Below are positions 21,110 to 34,199 of a stretch of DNA of 64,000 nucleotides, in pieces (the stretch's first letter is position 1; every line of letters begins with the position of its first letter). Position numbers and translations under genes: made by a program. The notes under the pieces were generated by a model, which had not been told where the DNA came from, did no database searches, and worked only from the letters and a program-made list of their open reading frames with translations. Source of the DNA: Macrostomum lignano (lineage: Eukaryota); contig NIVC01000732.1 of NCBI GenBank assembly GCA_002269645.1, positions 394,214 to 458,213 on the forward strand, given 5' to 3'.

Positions 21110-22550
21110 ATCTTGAATGTTTGACATGGTGGCTCTTTTATGTTTGACATGGTGGCTCTTTATTGTTCGACATGGTGGCTTTTTTATGTTTGACATGGTG
21201 GCTCTTGTATGTTCGACATGGTGGCTCTTTTAATGGTCGACATGGTGGCTCTTTAATGTTCTTCATGTTGGCTCTTTTATGTTTGACATGCTGGCTTTTT
21301 TATGTTTGACATGGTGGCTCTTTTATGTTCGACATGGTGGCTCTTTTATGTTCTACATGGCTGCTCTTTTATGTTCGACATGGTGGCTCTTGTATGTTCG
21401 ACATGGTCGCTCTTTTGGGTTTGAAATGGTGGCTCTTTAATATTTGACAAGGTGGCCCTTTAATGTTTAACATGGTGGCTCTTTAAATTTCGAAATGGTG
21501 GCTCCTTAATTTTTGAAATGGTGGCTGTTTTATGTTTGACATGGTGGCTCTTTAATGTTCTTAATGGTGTCTGTTTTATGTTTGACATGGTGGCTCTTTA
21601 TTGTTCGACATGGTGGCTCTTTAATTTTCGAAATGGTGGCTGTTTTATGTTTGACATGGTGGCTCTTTAATATTTGACAAGGTGGCCCTTTAATGTTTAA
21701 CATGGTGGCTCTTTAATTTTCGAAATGGTGGCTCCTTAATTTTCGAAATGGTGGCTCTTTTATGTTTGACATGGTGGCTCTTTAATGTTCGACATGGTGG
21801 CTCTTTAATGTTCGACATGGTGGCTCTTTAATGTTCTTAATGGTGTCTGTTTTATGTTCGACATGGTGGCTCTTTTATGTTCGACATGGTGGCTCTTTAA
21901 TGTTCGACATGGTGGCTCATTTAGGTTTGAAATGGTGGCTCTTTAATGTTTGACATTGTGGCTCTTTAATATTGGACAAGGTGGCTCTTTAATGTTCGAC
22001 ATGGTGGCTCTTTAATTTTCGAAATGGTGGCTCCTTAATTTTCGAAATGGTGGCTGCTTTATGTTTGACATGGTGGCTCTTTAATGTTTGACATGGTAAC
22101 TCTTTTATGTTTGATATGGTGGCTCTTTTATGTTCGACATGGTGGCTCTTTAATGTTCGACATGGTGGCTCCTTTAGGTTTGAAATGGTGGCTCTTTAAT
22201 GTTTGACATTGTGGCTCTTTTATGTTCGACATGGTGGCTCTTTTAGGTTTGACATGGTGACTCTTAAATGTTTGACATGGTGGCTCTTTAATGTTTCACA
22301 TGGTGGCTCTTTAATATTTGACATAAAGTCACATATATGTTTGACATGGTGGCTCCTAAATGTTTGACATGGTGGCTCTTTAATGTTCGACATGGTGGCT
22401 CCTTAATTTTCGAAATGGTGGCTCCTTAATTTTCGAAATGGTGGCTGCTTAATGTTTGACATGGTAACTCTTTTATGTTTGATATGGTGGCTCTTTTATG
22501 TTCGACATGGTGGCTCTTTAATGTTCGACATGGTGGCTCCTTTAGGTTTG
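21110..22550. repeat. ~20-bp minisatellite (atgtttgacatggtggctcttt)
   Basis: About 70 diverged units with a conserved catggtggctc core. Confidence 0.95.
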
Positions 22551-22959
22551 AACCCAGGTCGCTACATTAGCATTCCAGTCTGTTCGCATCAGGGCTATCT
22601 CTTTTCAATTGGAGAACATGAATTGTGGCCCTTATAATTCAATTCTTACAGCAAGTCAATTGGAGTAAAAAGTTATGACATAATCAATTTCTCAGTCAGC
22701 CAGTATCAGTCTCAATTTAAGTTAGCAATATGGTTACGCAATTTAAATCAAGTCGTGTGTGCATTTCTTCGGTACTGTTTTTAACTTGTTGTGATGCAAT
22801 CTTTATCACAATCGGAATTCAGTCAGTCAGTTTTTTTTCTAGCATTCTTACAATGCATTTCAGGTCGAAAGAGCTGCTTGACCTTTGCAAAAAAGCATGT
22901 TTTTCGAATATTTAATCCCTTTAAAATTGAGCAATTTCTTAGCCAAGATGCATGTACCG

Positions 22960-23085
22960 TCCCAGGAAAATTTCTGATCGAATGGTGCAAGTTTGAAGAA
23001 AATCGGTTGAGCCATTTTTTCTGAAATCTATCGCATACCTACCTACCTACCTATCCACAGACAACTCATTTTTAGTATATAGGAT
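22960..23085 (+). mobile_element. Possible 3' end of a non-autonomous Helitron-like (Lep1/HINE-type) element
   Basis: gtgcaagtttgaagaaaatcggttgagcc, then (CCTA)4, then tttagtatataggat. Layout resembles, from memory, microsatellite-bearing Helitron ends in insects. Confidence 0.35.
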
Positions 23086-25374
23086 TATAATGTCATCATG
23101 CTAAAAATAACTTATTATCTATCAATATACCACTAAACCATAGTCAAGAAAATGGCCTTTTTCACGGAAAATTCTAGTGCAAAAGGGGTTAGACATGCCA
23201 GTGCATTCCAGCGTAAAAGCAGGCAAGGAAGAAAAATCTAGTGCAGTATAAAAATTGCCAGAATTTGGTGTAAGAAAAAACTTTTAACAAGACAATATTT
23301 TTGATGGATAAAAAATTAGCATCTATAATTTCTTATTATTAGCACTTTGTTTCCCAGTATATTGATGGCTTTTTAATTAATAAATGATAATATTGCATTT
23401 TTTATAAATCCAGATTCTAATACAAATTTTATTAATATTTTTTAAACATAAAATTATTGATTTTTGCTTTTTCAAAAAGTTGCAGTATACAATGCAAACA
23501 AACTTTTTATATAGTATAGGAATAGTTCTGGTGCATAGCACAAGCAAAATTTTTTGATAAGATTTGTTTCTATACTTAGGATTATGTCATATATGCCAAA
23601 AATTTCTGGCATACATTTGGATAGCTGGCATACATTTCGGGCACAAAATTTTTGAAAGGGTCTTCTAGTATACACCTTGGCGTATAAACAATTGGCACAC
23701 CCTGCATGGTGTACATGCATGGCACACACTGGAGGAGGCTATACCATAGCCATTGCAAAAGACAAAATCAAAGAATATAAAGTATGTAAAGCATGAAATT
23801 TTGCATAAAGTTTAACAATGATTTTGCAAATATATTGTTATGACAATTGACAACCATTACCTTATTTAAAATATTCTTTAAATTGTGTTTTATTTCTCCT
23901 TTTTATTCTTTATTTTTAAAATTAAAAACATAAATCTTCTAATTTTCAATTTATAATCTTTACTTGCAATTATTATACAAAATATTACAACACAATATAT
24001 TGTGATTTTGTATATATTATGCTTTTTTTACATTAGGATTAGGATTTAAGACTGGCACACCTGGCGCACTTATACATTTTGCCTGGCATACCTGGCATAC
24101 ACTAAAAAAATTTGGGATGGCCTCCGGAGCACACATAGGCCTAGCATGCTCCTGACTATGGATTTGTTCTAGCATATGGTGCAATCAAACTTTTTGATAG
24201 GATTCATTCCAGCACAGGCATGCTACGAGCCTATGATCCTGACTAACTGACTATGGCCACTAAATAATCATTTTGGCTACTATATATAGTAGCATAGCTA
24301 GAGGGGGTACATGATATAGGCCTATCCTTTCTTATTTTGATGATTTATAAAAAAATTAGGTTTTTAGTATTTCTAGGGTCTATAAAAAGCAAAATAAAAT
24401 GGCTTGGATTTAGCAAAATTGTAAAAAATTGGTATATTTTACTTGTAAATTACTAGAGCTATATCACTGACAACAAAGTTAAATTCAAAGTGAAGTCTTG
24501 AATAAATGTTAGTCCTAGGCCTAAAGCTTAGATGAACTATGCTATGGATATAGCATATTATGGATATGGATATGAACTATGGTTACGGTAACAGTGCCAC
24601 TGCAATTGCGGCACTGCCACATTATTGGATAAGTTGTTCTATGATAAGTTCTTATCGTCTAACTAACTAGGTACAAATTGCACAGCCATAAGATAGGCCC
24701 CTAGTAAGAAAAAAATAATTTAACTAAAACAACGGGAAAATCTTAACTTCTGGCAGCGCACCAACTGCTTGTAACTGTTAGAAGCAACAACATGTGAATG
24801 CCTGCTGATCATGCGTCATGTGTGAGCCGTAAGTTGCGAAGAGTGAATTTTAAAACTGTTCAAAGTCACTATTGTTTGTGCACTTAAAATCAAAGCAGTT
24901 AAACACCTATGCCTAGTAGATACCATAATTCTGCCATAATTCTTGCAGTGCAAGCATAAAATAATTTTTTTGTTTCTATTGTTAAATAATAAGCATCAGT
25001 TGACTCAAATAAAGCACAAACTTAACGTTTTTGCAGCATCAGTGGGTGGTTTTCACAATGGGCAACGAAATGCAGCGGCAAAAAATCCCATGAGCTAAAC
25101 TGAGTATCAGCAGTCACAATTCTTAATTGTTCGCATGCTTAGAGTATTTTTGTTTTCCTACATGTACACTATAATATCAATAACTAGAATTTAATCTAAA
25201 TCGTTGCCTAAGGCTATAGCTTGCACACACGTCGTCTTTCATAACTCACCGTTTGCTTTCGTTGATAGTTAAAAAGGTATGACTTTCCCCTTAAGTCGTC
25301 GGTCGTTAGTTGATGCTTTTTAATAGCGGTCAGTAAAGAGGTCAGTTTTATCCTCATGGACTTTTTGTTACATA

Positions 25375-26041
25375 ACGGGTGTCCCAAAAAAAGGTAACAC
25401 TTTGTGCGCTCACTGTGAGTGAGCAGTTAGGCCTATAGCACAGTAATTTAACAGGTCCACAGTAAACATTTGTAAGCTTTTCCCACTAACATTTGGTTGC
25501 GAAAAATTGCTCCAGAGGCGAGTTATTGAGCACAGAAGTGTACAGCTTTTCTGTCAAGCTTTGCCATACACAGCTGCCATAGACAATCTTTTGCTTTAAA
25601 AAATCTTAAGGAGCATAGACTCTGAGACGGTGTGTGGTCAAATACCAGTTTATTTGAAAAATCGTTATTGATTTTTTGAGCTTGTAAGTGTACGCTAGCT
25701 TCTCTGCTAAGCTTTGCCATAGACGGAGGCCATAGACAATATTTTTCGTAAGAAAAATGACAGAGCATGCATAGACTCTGAGACTGATCTAACGTTAAAA
25801 TTTCTTAAATTTCTTAAACGCTAAGATTGTCTATTGCAGCTGTGTATGGCAAAGCTTGGCAGAAAAGCTAGCGTACACTTCTGTGCTCAATAACTCGCCT
25901 CGTGAGCAATTTTTAGCAACCAAATGTTTGTGGGAAAAACTTACAAATGTTTACTGTGGACCTGTTAAATTACTGTGCTGTAGGCCTAACTGCTCACTCA
26001 CGGTGAGCGCACAAAGTGTTACCCTTTTTTGGGACACCCGT
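25375..26041. mobile_element. Tc1/mariner-type palindromic MITE (~670 bp)
   Basis: TA|ACGGGTGTCCCAAAAAA ... TTTTTTGGGACACCCGT|TA. Inverted arms of about 200 bp with an additional internal partial arm copy. Confidence 0.85.
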
Positions 26042-26189
26042 TATATGTAGATGACAATCAACTATAAAAATGAAAACTCTGTCTATGGCCAAAGATCCAT
26101 TGCCAATCTTCTTACCTAAAAGGAGATGGAACAGAAGATTAGAGAAGAGCAAACAGGGAAGAGTTCAGAGATGCGACACGAGAAAAGAT

Positions 26190-26640
26190 ATAAGAGAATT
26201 GAGAGAAGGAGAGGAGAGGAGAGGAGAGGAGAGAAGAGAGGAGAATAGAGAAGAGGAGAGGAGAGAGTGTAAAGAAGAGATAGAGAAGAGAAGAGAGGAG
26301 ATAGGAGGGATGAGAGAGGAGAGGAGAGAGAAGACAAGAGAGAGTAGAGAGAAGAAAGGAGCGATAAGAGATAGGAGAGAGGGGGGGAAGAAGAAAGAAT
26401 AAAGATGAGAGAGAAGAGAGGAGAGAGGAGAGATGAGAGATGAGAGAGAGAGGGGGAGAGAAGAGAGAATAAAGAGAAGAAAGAAGAGATGAGAGAGGAG
26501 GGATGAGGAGAGGAGAGAGAAGACAAGAGAGGAGAAAGCTAGGAGAAAAAATATGGTAGATAAGATCAGAAAAGAAAGGAGAGAGGAAAGAGGGGAAGAG
26601 AAGGGAAGGGAAGGAAAAAGAGGGAAAGAAGTTTTAAAGG
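26190..26640. repeat. GA-rich low-complexity tract
   Basis: Almost pure purine (gagag/aagag) on the plus strand. Confidence 0.9.
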
Positions 26641-27416
26641 GCACGAGGGACGTAGAGGCAGAGGCCAGAATTTGCCAAGGCAAGATTTAGACAGACGTTA
26701 TTCTGCCCGGCACCCCAGCCGCGCTTTTGTTTTGCTTTTTTAGTATAACTTCAGGCTTGGGATTGCGATGGGAAACTATCGTGAGTGCTGTATTACATGT
26801 ATATACTCGTATAGGGATAAAGCAGCGCTTATTAATTTTCTACCAATCTTGCAAATCGGTGACATGCAGTCTTAAAAGATGGGCTTTCACCAATTGCTGC
26901 ATTTGGGTGATAACTTTGTTATTGATCTCAAGGCCAAGGTTTACCTAAACCTGTCGCAAAGACTTTCGACATGACTGGCTATATCAGAGAGAGACAATTT
27001 TGTGTCCATGAATGATGTAGGAATGACTTTTAAATTTTAAAATGCATGCAACAATATAGTTCCGAAGATTCGAATTTAGCGGGTTTAAAATATCGGGTTT
27101 CAACAGCTTGTTCGATCTTATATATATTATTAGTTATGTTAGTCATTGATTGTTCTCGAGTCAAAGCAATTTATTCATGGGCGTAATACCCATCTCTCCT
27201 TTAAAAATGAACGAAAAAGCATTGTTAAATCGGCAAAAGAAAGGAATTTACAAATCCATCGGATCTATTTTATTAGCAAAATAATTGGACCCATACACGT
27301 GAACGAAAACCTGAGTCCCGGGGTTTGAAATCTCACCCAAAAGCGTAAAAAAAGTTTTTTTTCCGAAAAAATGAGCAAAGGAGATCGAGAGCTGGAGTTA
27401 AAGTTAAAAAACTTTC

Positions 27417-30400
27417 TTATTCGTCACATTCAGCATAGGCTGCAGACTCTTGTGTTTTCTCTGAAGCAGGAGCCGGGTTAGTCTTTGTTTCAGAGGCATT
27501 CCCCTGTAAACTTTTAATTTTTGTTCTCATCTTCTCTGCTGGCGAATGCTCGAATGATTTCCGGCCGTATACGAACGAATCCAGTTGCGTCGGGAAGGTA
27601 TCAATACGGAAGTTCCTCAGATATAAAACGTAGTCATTTAAGTCTTCGTTGATGCGCCATTGTGTGTACCAGTGAGGTGGCTTAGTTCGCTGGCGCTTTG
27701 GTCTGAAGCCGATGAGGCGTTCAGCATCCGTTGAGTACATCCAAACAAAGTTCCTCTGAGCACAAATTAGACCTATATGTAAAAAATGTAGAAAGCCAGT
27801 CGTTAGATTCAAGGTAGAAAACTCCGCTATTCGAGCCAGTAGGGGCTGTGATTGCACCCTGGCACACTCTAAGCGACAAGCGACATAGGCGCACTCTATC
27901 TTGTCGCACAACCGGCAAGAGGCATTACTGCCATTCCACCGACTCGCCTGAGCAGGCACACAAGCACGTGGATACGTACCCAGTCATACGCACAGGCACA
28001 CACTCACACCAGCGGCCCTACTTTATTATTTATCGTTCGGCATGTACACTTCACTGTGCCTTGGGGGTTGGTCCTCAAGCTGGTTGTTAATTTCAAGAGC
28101 AGAGCCAAGCCGAGATTCCAATTTAGCCTTGAATTAATGTGCCTGCACTTGAAATCGAGCCCGGTCCGCTAGACCACGAGGCTACGGCCCCTTCCAATCT
28201 ATTTGGTCTAATTAAATCCCAATCCAAGAGCTTTCATTCACCAGGCTGATTGACTGGCACGTCGGGCAGATCTAGCCACAGCCCGGCATCTCTCGTGGCC
28301 TTGTCCCGCTGGTTCAATTCGAACACAAGAGCCAGCGATTCGGTCAGCACGGCTGGCAGGACGCGATTCTGCGTGTCAGACCTTGCGTCCGGCTCATCGC
28401 ATCCCGGATAAGTCATCACGTCATGCAGCCAGATCTCTTTATTGGCGTCGAGCATCAGGTCCAGTCCAAACAGCTGCCAGCTGCCTGGCTTGTCACCCAC
28501 AATGCTGTCAATCTGGCTGGCCAAGTTGTTCACAATTCGATGCAAACGACGCAAAAATCGATGCTCCGAATTTGTCGAATCCGAGGTCGACGACGAAGGC
28601 TGATTTGACAATGACGAAGTCGTTGGCCAGAGTGCGGAATCGAGCTCGCGACTATTAGTGATAGACGGCAGGCCGAGAGATTCGCGCGCATCGTCGTATG
28701 GTCGGCAATAATCGGCCGAGCTGTTCGAGGCAGTTTTTTCCCGGCCATATCTCGAATAGTCGGGGTCCCAGGTGAACGGCCACGTGAAGTGACAGCGCAG
28801 ATCATTGCTTTTCTCTTCGTACTCGCGTTGAGCGATGCGAATGTAGCCAGGGTGAAGGAAGGCAACGACCCGTCGGTCAGTGAGGACGGACACGAGTAGG
28901 AACATTCTCAAATCGAAACGTCGGCCTTCTAACAACTGAGGATTGGTTAGGTGTCTGCAAGTGCAAGCGAAGTAGAATGACATATATAGCTGCAATCTTG
29001 ATTCGAATAGTTTTACGCAGCAAAGATCATAGGACACAAGACACCAAGACAACAAAACCAAGACAATTACACAGCCGCTAAAGAGACTAAGACACTAGAT
29101 ACTACGTGTAGGACACTAGGACACTTAAGGCACAAGAACACAACACTTGATAATACACTAGGACCAGAAACCGTAAGATGTTACTAAAACCAAAGGTCCT
29201 ATGAGATTGCAAACTAAAAACAGAGAGGCTATATAAAAGGACACTTAGGACAACTAGGACATTTAAGACCACTAGGACACTTAGGTCCACCAGGACACTT
29301 AGGACAACTAGGACACTTACGACCACTAGGACATATAAGACATATATATGACATATTGACATATAAGTCAATAGGATATTTGGGACCACTAGGACACTTA
29401 AGACAACTATCAATACGACATTTAGGTCAACTAGGACACTTACGACCACTAGGGACACTTATGACCACTATAAATAGGATACTCGGGACTACTAGGGCAC
29501 TTAGGACAACTATCAATAGGACACTTAGGACACCAAGACATTAGGATACAATTTCCATGTAGTAGTTGAAGACACTAAGGACACTAGGCCTATAAGACAC
29601 AAGACACCAAAGCACAAAGACATTAGGTCACTAATGATAGAGGGACAATTGAACACAAAGACGCATAATAGGACACTTGAGCAATAGGACGCGCAGCCAG
29701 TTATCCAATAACCTTTGCAGCACAAAGAACTGTCCTCGCAGCCGCCTATGCAGGTCGTAGCGCACGAAAGTCTCAAGCTCGGCGGCCGAATCGATCAGCT
29801 GAACTCCGTTGCCGCCTTTAAGCGAGGCGGCTCGAATCAACCAGCGCTGCTTGTCGCCATAGGCACCCTCTGAAAAGTGAACCGATTGAACTCAATTGTT
29901 CTACCTTAGAGAGCTCAATTGTCACTAGCTATCTTAACTGTCGGTTTACTTACTGAGCATATTATCGCGAACATATTCAAATTTCTTCTTAGTAGCCAGT
30001 ACAATCGTGTCCGGGATGAACAAATTCTCCTGGAAGCAGGTGCACATCCGTTTGCCACGCTGCGGACAATCTGGTTCACTGCACACCAGACCAAAGTCGT
30101 GCTTCATGTAGATGTGGTGGCACATCTGAAATAGAATCCATATCTAGATCGAGGTGTTAACGAGCATTTAAGAATTTCTTATTTAAGGAATTACGAGCTA
30201 GGTTCATTCAATGGATTTTGAGTTTTTTAGGGGCATTTTTAGGGGTATTCTCCTCATCTGGTTTTCCCTCGTGTGATTTCATAGCTCATTTAATGGTGCT
30301 AACAGTGACTGTTGAACTCTAAGGAACTTTAAGGATCCGCGTAAGGACTGGGACGTCGATTTTCGCTAAAGTCACAACTTAATCGAACCCAACGGTATGA

Positions 30401-32730
30401 AGTTTTGATCTTGAGAAGTGAAATCTGAGCTTGTGTGAAAACGTTTTGCTTTCTTAAAGCTTCCAACATTTTTTTAATATGATATTATGATGATAATAAA
30501 AAGCCTGAAGATCTACTCCCAGCACCCTAATGCGTTTTTAACCGACTTTGTTTCGTCACTTGGAAATGTAGGCTATGCTGGACTTTAGATTTATGCAAAC
30601 CAAGGAGACCAGTACGTAAAACCAGCCATACTAAATTTTCCGAATCTCGGCTAGGATCCTTATTGCAACACAATTCCCAATCGGGTAATGAATATTTTCT
30701 TATCAAAATTCGTCAATCGTACCGACTGCTTTTCAATGAACGCCACTTTGGGCGGCTTGTCACTCGGACCCCGGTGCTGTTCGCGAATTTTCTCCGGATC
30801 GCGGCACCAGTGCCCCGGGTAGCACTGGCCTTCGCTGGCCACGCAGCCACTTAGTCGAGCCACCAGGCACTGTAGATCTGTCAGTACCCGGTCCAGGTTC
30901 ACTTGGTTGATGAAAAACACCTGGCAAGGTGGATTAAGTGCACCCGAATCTCGGTAGCGGGCCCTGGTTGACTGGATCGGATCTCTACTATTCAGAGAAG
31001 CACATTCATTGAATTAGCTCGTACCTGTTCTGGCGACACAGCATCCCTAGCTCCGCCAGTGCCTCCAATATCAGCCAGCATTCGCAGCGCCTGTTCACGG
31101 CTAAGCCACAGAAACATTCGCTCCTGATAGACTGGCAGCCTGCCCGCCTCCATCATGCCCATCCTCTGGCAGAATTCCACGACAAGCCGGTCTAACAGCG
31201 GGTGCACCGCGGCAAGATTTTGATCAGCGGCGTCTTCTTCGCCTTCGACGTTGCTGCCGCTGTCGCCTCGTCCGCGACGCCGCGATCGAGTGACAAGAAA
31301 TCGCAACGACTTTGGTAGTACTCGAGGATTATTCAACCGATAGCCGTCTAGTATTTCTCTGAGGGAGTTCGAGTTCGAGGGGATGCGTGTCGAGCAGCGG
31401 GCTTCTCTATTGTGCGATGAGGACCAACTGACAAGGCAGTGAGTATGTACATGCTCAAGAATGAGAGATTCAGCTATAGACCTTAAAAAACCTTTTTACG
31501 TATCTGTATTCGTGTGCAAGCTCAATATTCAGCGTAAAGGACATGACTGCTTGCCATGACGACATTCCAGACTAGTCAAATGCTTCACAGAGGTTTATCA
31601 CCCTATAGTCTCCAAAACTGACCTACATTTAGGCACACAAATAGCTAGAAGTGAGTAAATTTGTTGTAAAAAAACGTCATTACTTACTGTAGGCTGTAGA
31701 GTTCGGACTCGGTAGTATACAATTTCTCAGCTTTCTTCATCGCCAGAGCGGCCCGAGTCAGCTTCCGTCTGCTGGACGCAGTGCCGGTTGCCGCGCCGCC
31801 TTCGACAGCCGCATTTTCATCGGTTTGGTCATCTTCGGCAGCTTTTTCGCCCGGACCAGCTTCCGCTAAAATCAATGGTATATTCAGTTGGTGGTTTAGC
31901 ATAGAACTTGCCTGAGTTAGCGGCAGTGATCCAGACACTGTACTGAGGCAGTGGTATGCTTAAATGACAATCGAAATTGAAAGTAGTAAGCTTTGAGGCA
32001 AAACGATTCGGGGCAAATTATTTTTAGGGCTCGATTCCCTGGTGGTTTAGGGCTCGATTCCCTGGTGGTTTAGGGCTCGATTCCCTGGTGGTTTAGGGCT
32101 CGATTCCCTGGTGGTTTAGGGCTCGATTCCCTGGTGGTTTAGGGCTCGATTCCCTGGTGGTTTAGGGCTCGATTCCCTGATGGTTTAGGGCTCGATTCCC
32201 TGGTGGTTTAGGGCTCGATTCCCTGATGGTTTAGGGCTCGATTCCCTGGTGGTTTAGGGTTCGTGGTTTAGGGCTCGATTCCCTGGTGGTTTAGGGTTCG
32301 ATTTCCTTGTGGCTTAGGGTTCGATTCCCTTGTGGTTTAGGGCTCGATCCTCCATGGTTCTCTAGTGGGATGGTTTAGGGCTCCCTTCTTAGGTTGTTTC
32401 GGGTGCATTCGTGCGAGAGGTTTTAATTTAAGTTTCATTCATAGTATGCGTGTGATTTAAGAAGGTCACTAACACACAGGTAACCGCGTCACCAAATTAA
32501 AGACTACACTGACCGTTGTGGGCCTCTTTCAGCGAGCCAGAAATACGCAGCAGACCTCCAATTAGCGACTGTTTGAACCTGTCAAGCAATCGATGCACTC
32601 GATGTCCGCTAATGTCGTTATTAATGTTAGCTAATTGTTGAGCACTGTCAGATGGGTCGGCCTCGGAGTTTGTGGCCTCAGCCGTGTAATCAGACACCGC
32701 CTTCAACAGTCTGGGCTCGAGAGATGGCAT
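27417..32730 (-). CDS. Tubulin-tyrosine-ligase-like (TTL/TTLL, ATP-grasp) protein, ~797 aa; exons 32730-32514, 31865-31688, 31427-31025, 30920-30723, 30125-29954, 29869-29713, 28954-28242, 27772-27417
   Basis: Phase-consistent GT-AG junctions (1,2,0,0,1,2,1), total 2394 nt. TTL motifs FIPDTIVL, WLIRA..GGNGVQLI, LQRHLTNPQLLEGRRFDLRMFLLV, GYIR and WQLFGLDLMLD...IWLHDV. Minus-strand AATAAA at 27268-27273. The start codon and the N-terminal exons are less certain. Confidence 0.8.
27835..28191 (-). mobile_element. tRNA-derived SINE, copy B, in the last TTLL intron
   Basis: Minus strand reads ggggccgtagcctcgtggtctag...ggctcgatttc...aaggcacagtgaagtgtacatgccgaac...gtgtgagtgtgtgcctgtgc...tgcctcttgccggttgt...cacagcccc, colinear with 14868-15184. 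Confidence 0.7.
29030..29690. repeat. Degenerate ~9-10-bp repeat (taggacact/taggaccac) in a TTLL intron
   Basis: Recurrent taggacac / actagga cores. Confidence 0.75.
32025..32350. repeat. 23-bp minisatellite (ggtggtttagggctcgattccct) in a TTLL intron
   Basis: 23-nt period, about 13 units. Confidence 0.93.
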
Positions 32731-33519
32731 GCTGTTCACTTTCTTCAGGTTGTGATAGCGATTAAACTAATTAACTTACTGGACCGTTGTATAAAGTGGC
32801 TTAAGTGAGTTATTGTCTCAAATAGGAGTTTAAACCGTATTTGGACCAAATTTAGACCATAGACAGTCAAACTATTGAATTCCTTCATCAATAAACTAAA
32901 CCGGGACTAAGTATAGCAGCTGTAAACCCATCTGTCTTTCGTGCCAAGATCCTTCGAAAGTAACTGCATGCAGCAGAGAATATCGAGAATATTTTCTGCT
33001 GCATGCTTATTTTTCTTTATCGGGACTGCACTGCACTGGATACGATAGGACCAAATAGTAGTAGTTAATATCGCCTTTTATAGAGTTCCACTATGGCTTA
33101 AAAATGAAGCCCTTTTTGTAGTTTCCTAGCTTCGAACTTTTTTAGGTTTGCCCCGATGCATAGCCACGAGTAGAATCGAAAAGACAAGTCAATAACTAAT
33201 TTAGTTTACCAAAGTAATCTTAGAAATCTAGCTTATTCCACGTGTGGAACTTACTTCGTCTTACTCTTACTTCGTCTTGCCGCCTGAGTCATTAATAATT
33301 GGATGGGTACTACAAGATAACTATAGTTTTATCCACACTGATGAATCTGATTAATTATATAGCTAGCTTATGATATTAACTCACTGGTGGACGTTGCCAT
33401 GATTAGGGACTTTTTTAGTTACGAGGGATATCTGACCGGAAATTTGATGCCTACTAGCAAACTTTGTCCCACCGATAGCTGGAGGCAACTAGGAAAGGAG
33501 TAAAAGTTATCAAAGTTTT

Positions 33520-34110
33520 GTCGTTTACATATTTAGAGCAGAAATTTCGGAATAATGTTGCATTATTTTTCAACATCAGTCCCCCTGGCGATCAATGCAC
33601 TTCTGCCCGGATACCGTGAAGTAGTCGGCCGGTTGGTCCTCCAGCCACTGGTTGGCGAGGGTGATGACCTCTTTGTTGGACTCAAAATAGTGCCCACGGA
33701 GTGGCCGCTTGAGCTGACGGAATACATGTAGGTGGAAATTGGAGGGTGCCTGCAGGTCTGGTGAATAGACCGGATGGGGGAGGATTTCAAACCCCGCAGT
33801 GGTGGCAGCATTCACCGCAACCTGGGCGGTGTGAGCTGGGGCATTGTCGTGAAGCAGCAAGGGCACTCAGCTTCCCCCGCATCTTCTGGGCAACTGCCTG
33901 ACGAAGCCGGCCCAGCTGTTCAGCGTACCGGACACCTGTGACAGTATGCCCAACAGGCAGGTACCCGGCGAGCAGGATCCCCTGACAGTCCCAGAAGAAA
34001 CAGCCCAAGATCTTGCCAGCTGACTTCGCTTGCTTGAACTTGCGGGGGGGGGGGCTTACCCAGGGCGCCGCCACTCCATGGAATCTCGCTTAGACTCGGC
34101 CGATCGGGGT
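33520..34110 (-). pseudogene. Decayed mariner (DD34D) transposase, C-terminal half
   Basis: Frameshifted pieces GKILGCFFWDCQGIL...YAEQLGRLRQAV and LLHDNAPAH...LPHPVYSPDLQAPSNFHL...GD-VEK. Third catalytic Asp is replaced (APSN). Confidence 0.9.
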
Positions 34111-34199
34111 CATAGTGGTAGATTCAGCACTTATTCCCAGTTAAGAGCATTTTAACTGAAGGGCCAGATAGAGAATCTATCAGAAGACTGTGGGTCAGA

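Noticed and set aside
26070-26683. Leu/Ser-rich or Glu/Arg-rich ORFs (also 34124-34630 and 43196-43807)
   Set aside because: GA/TC low-complexity tracts lack stop codons by composition.
32025-32350. TTAGGG in each 23-bp unit as interstitial telomere
   Set aside because: Only one hexamer per unit in otherwise non-telomeric sequence.
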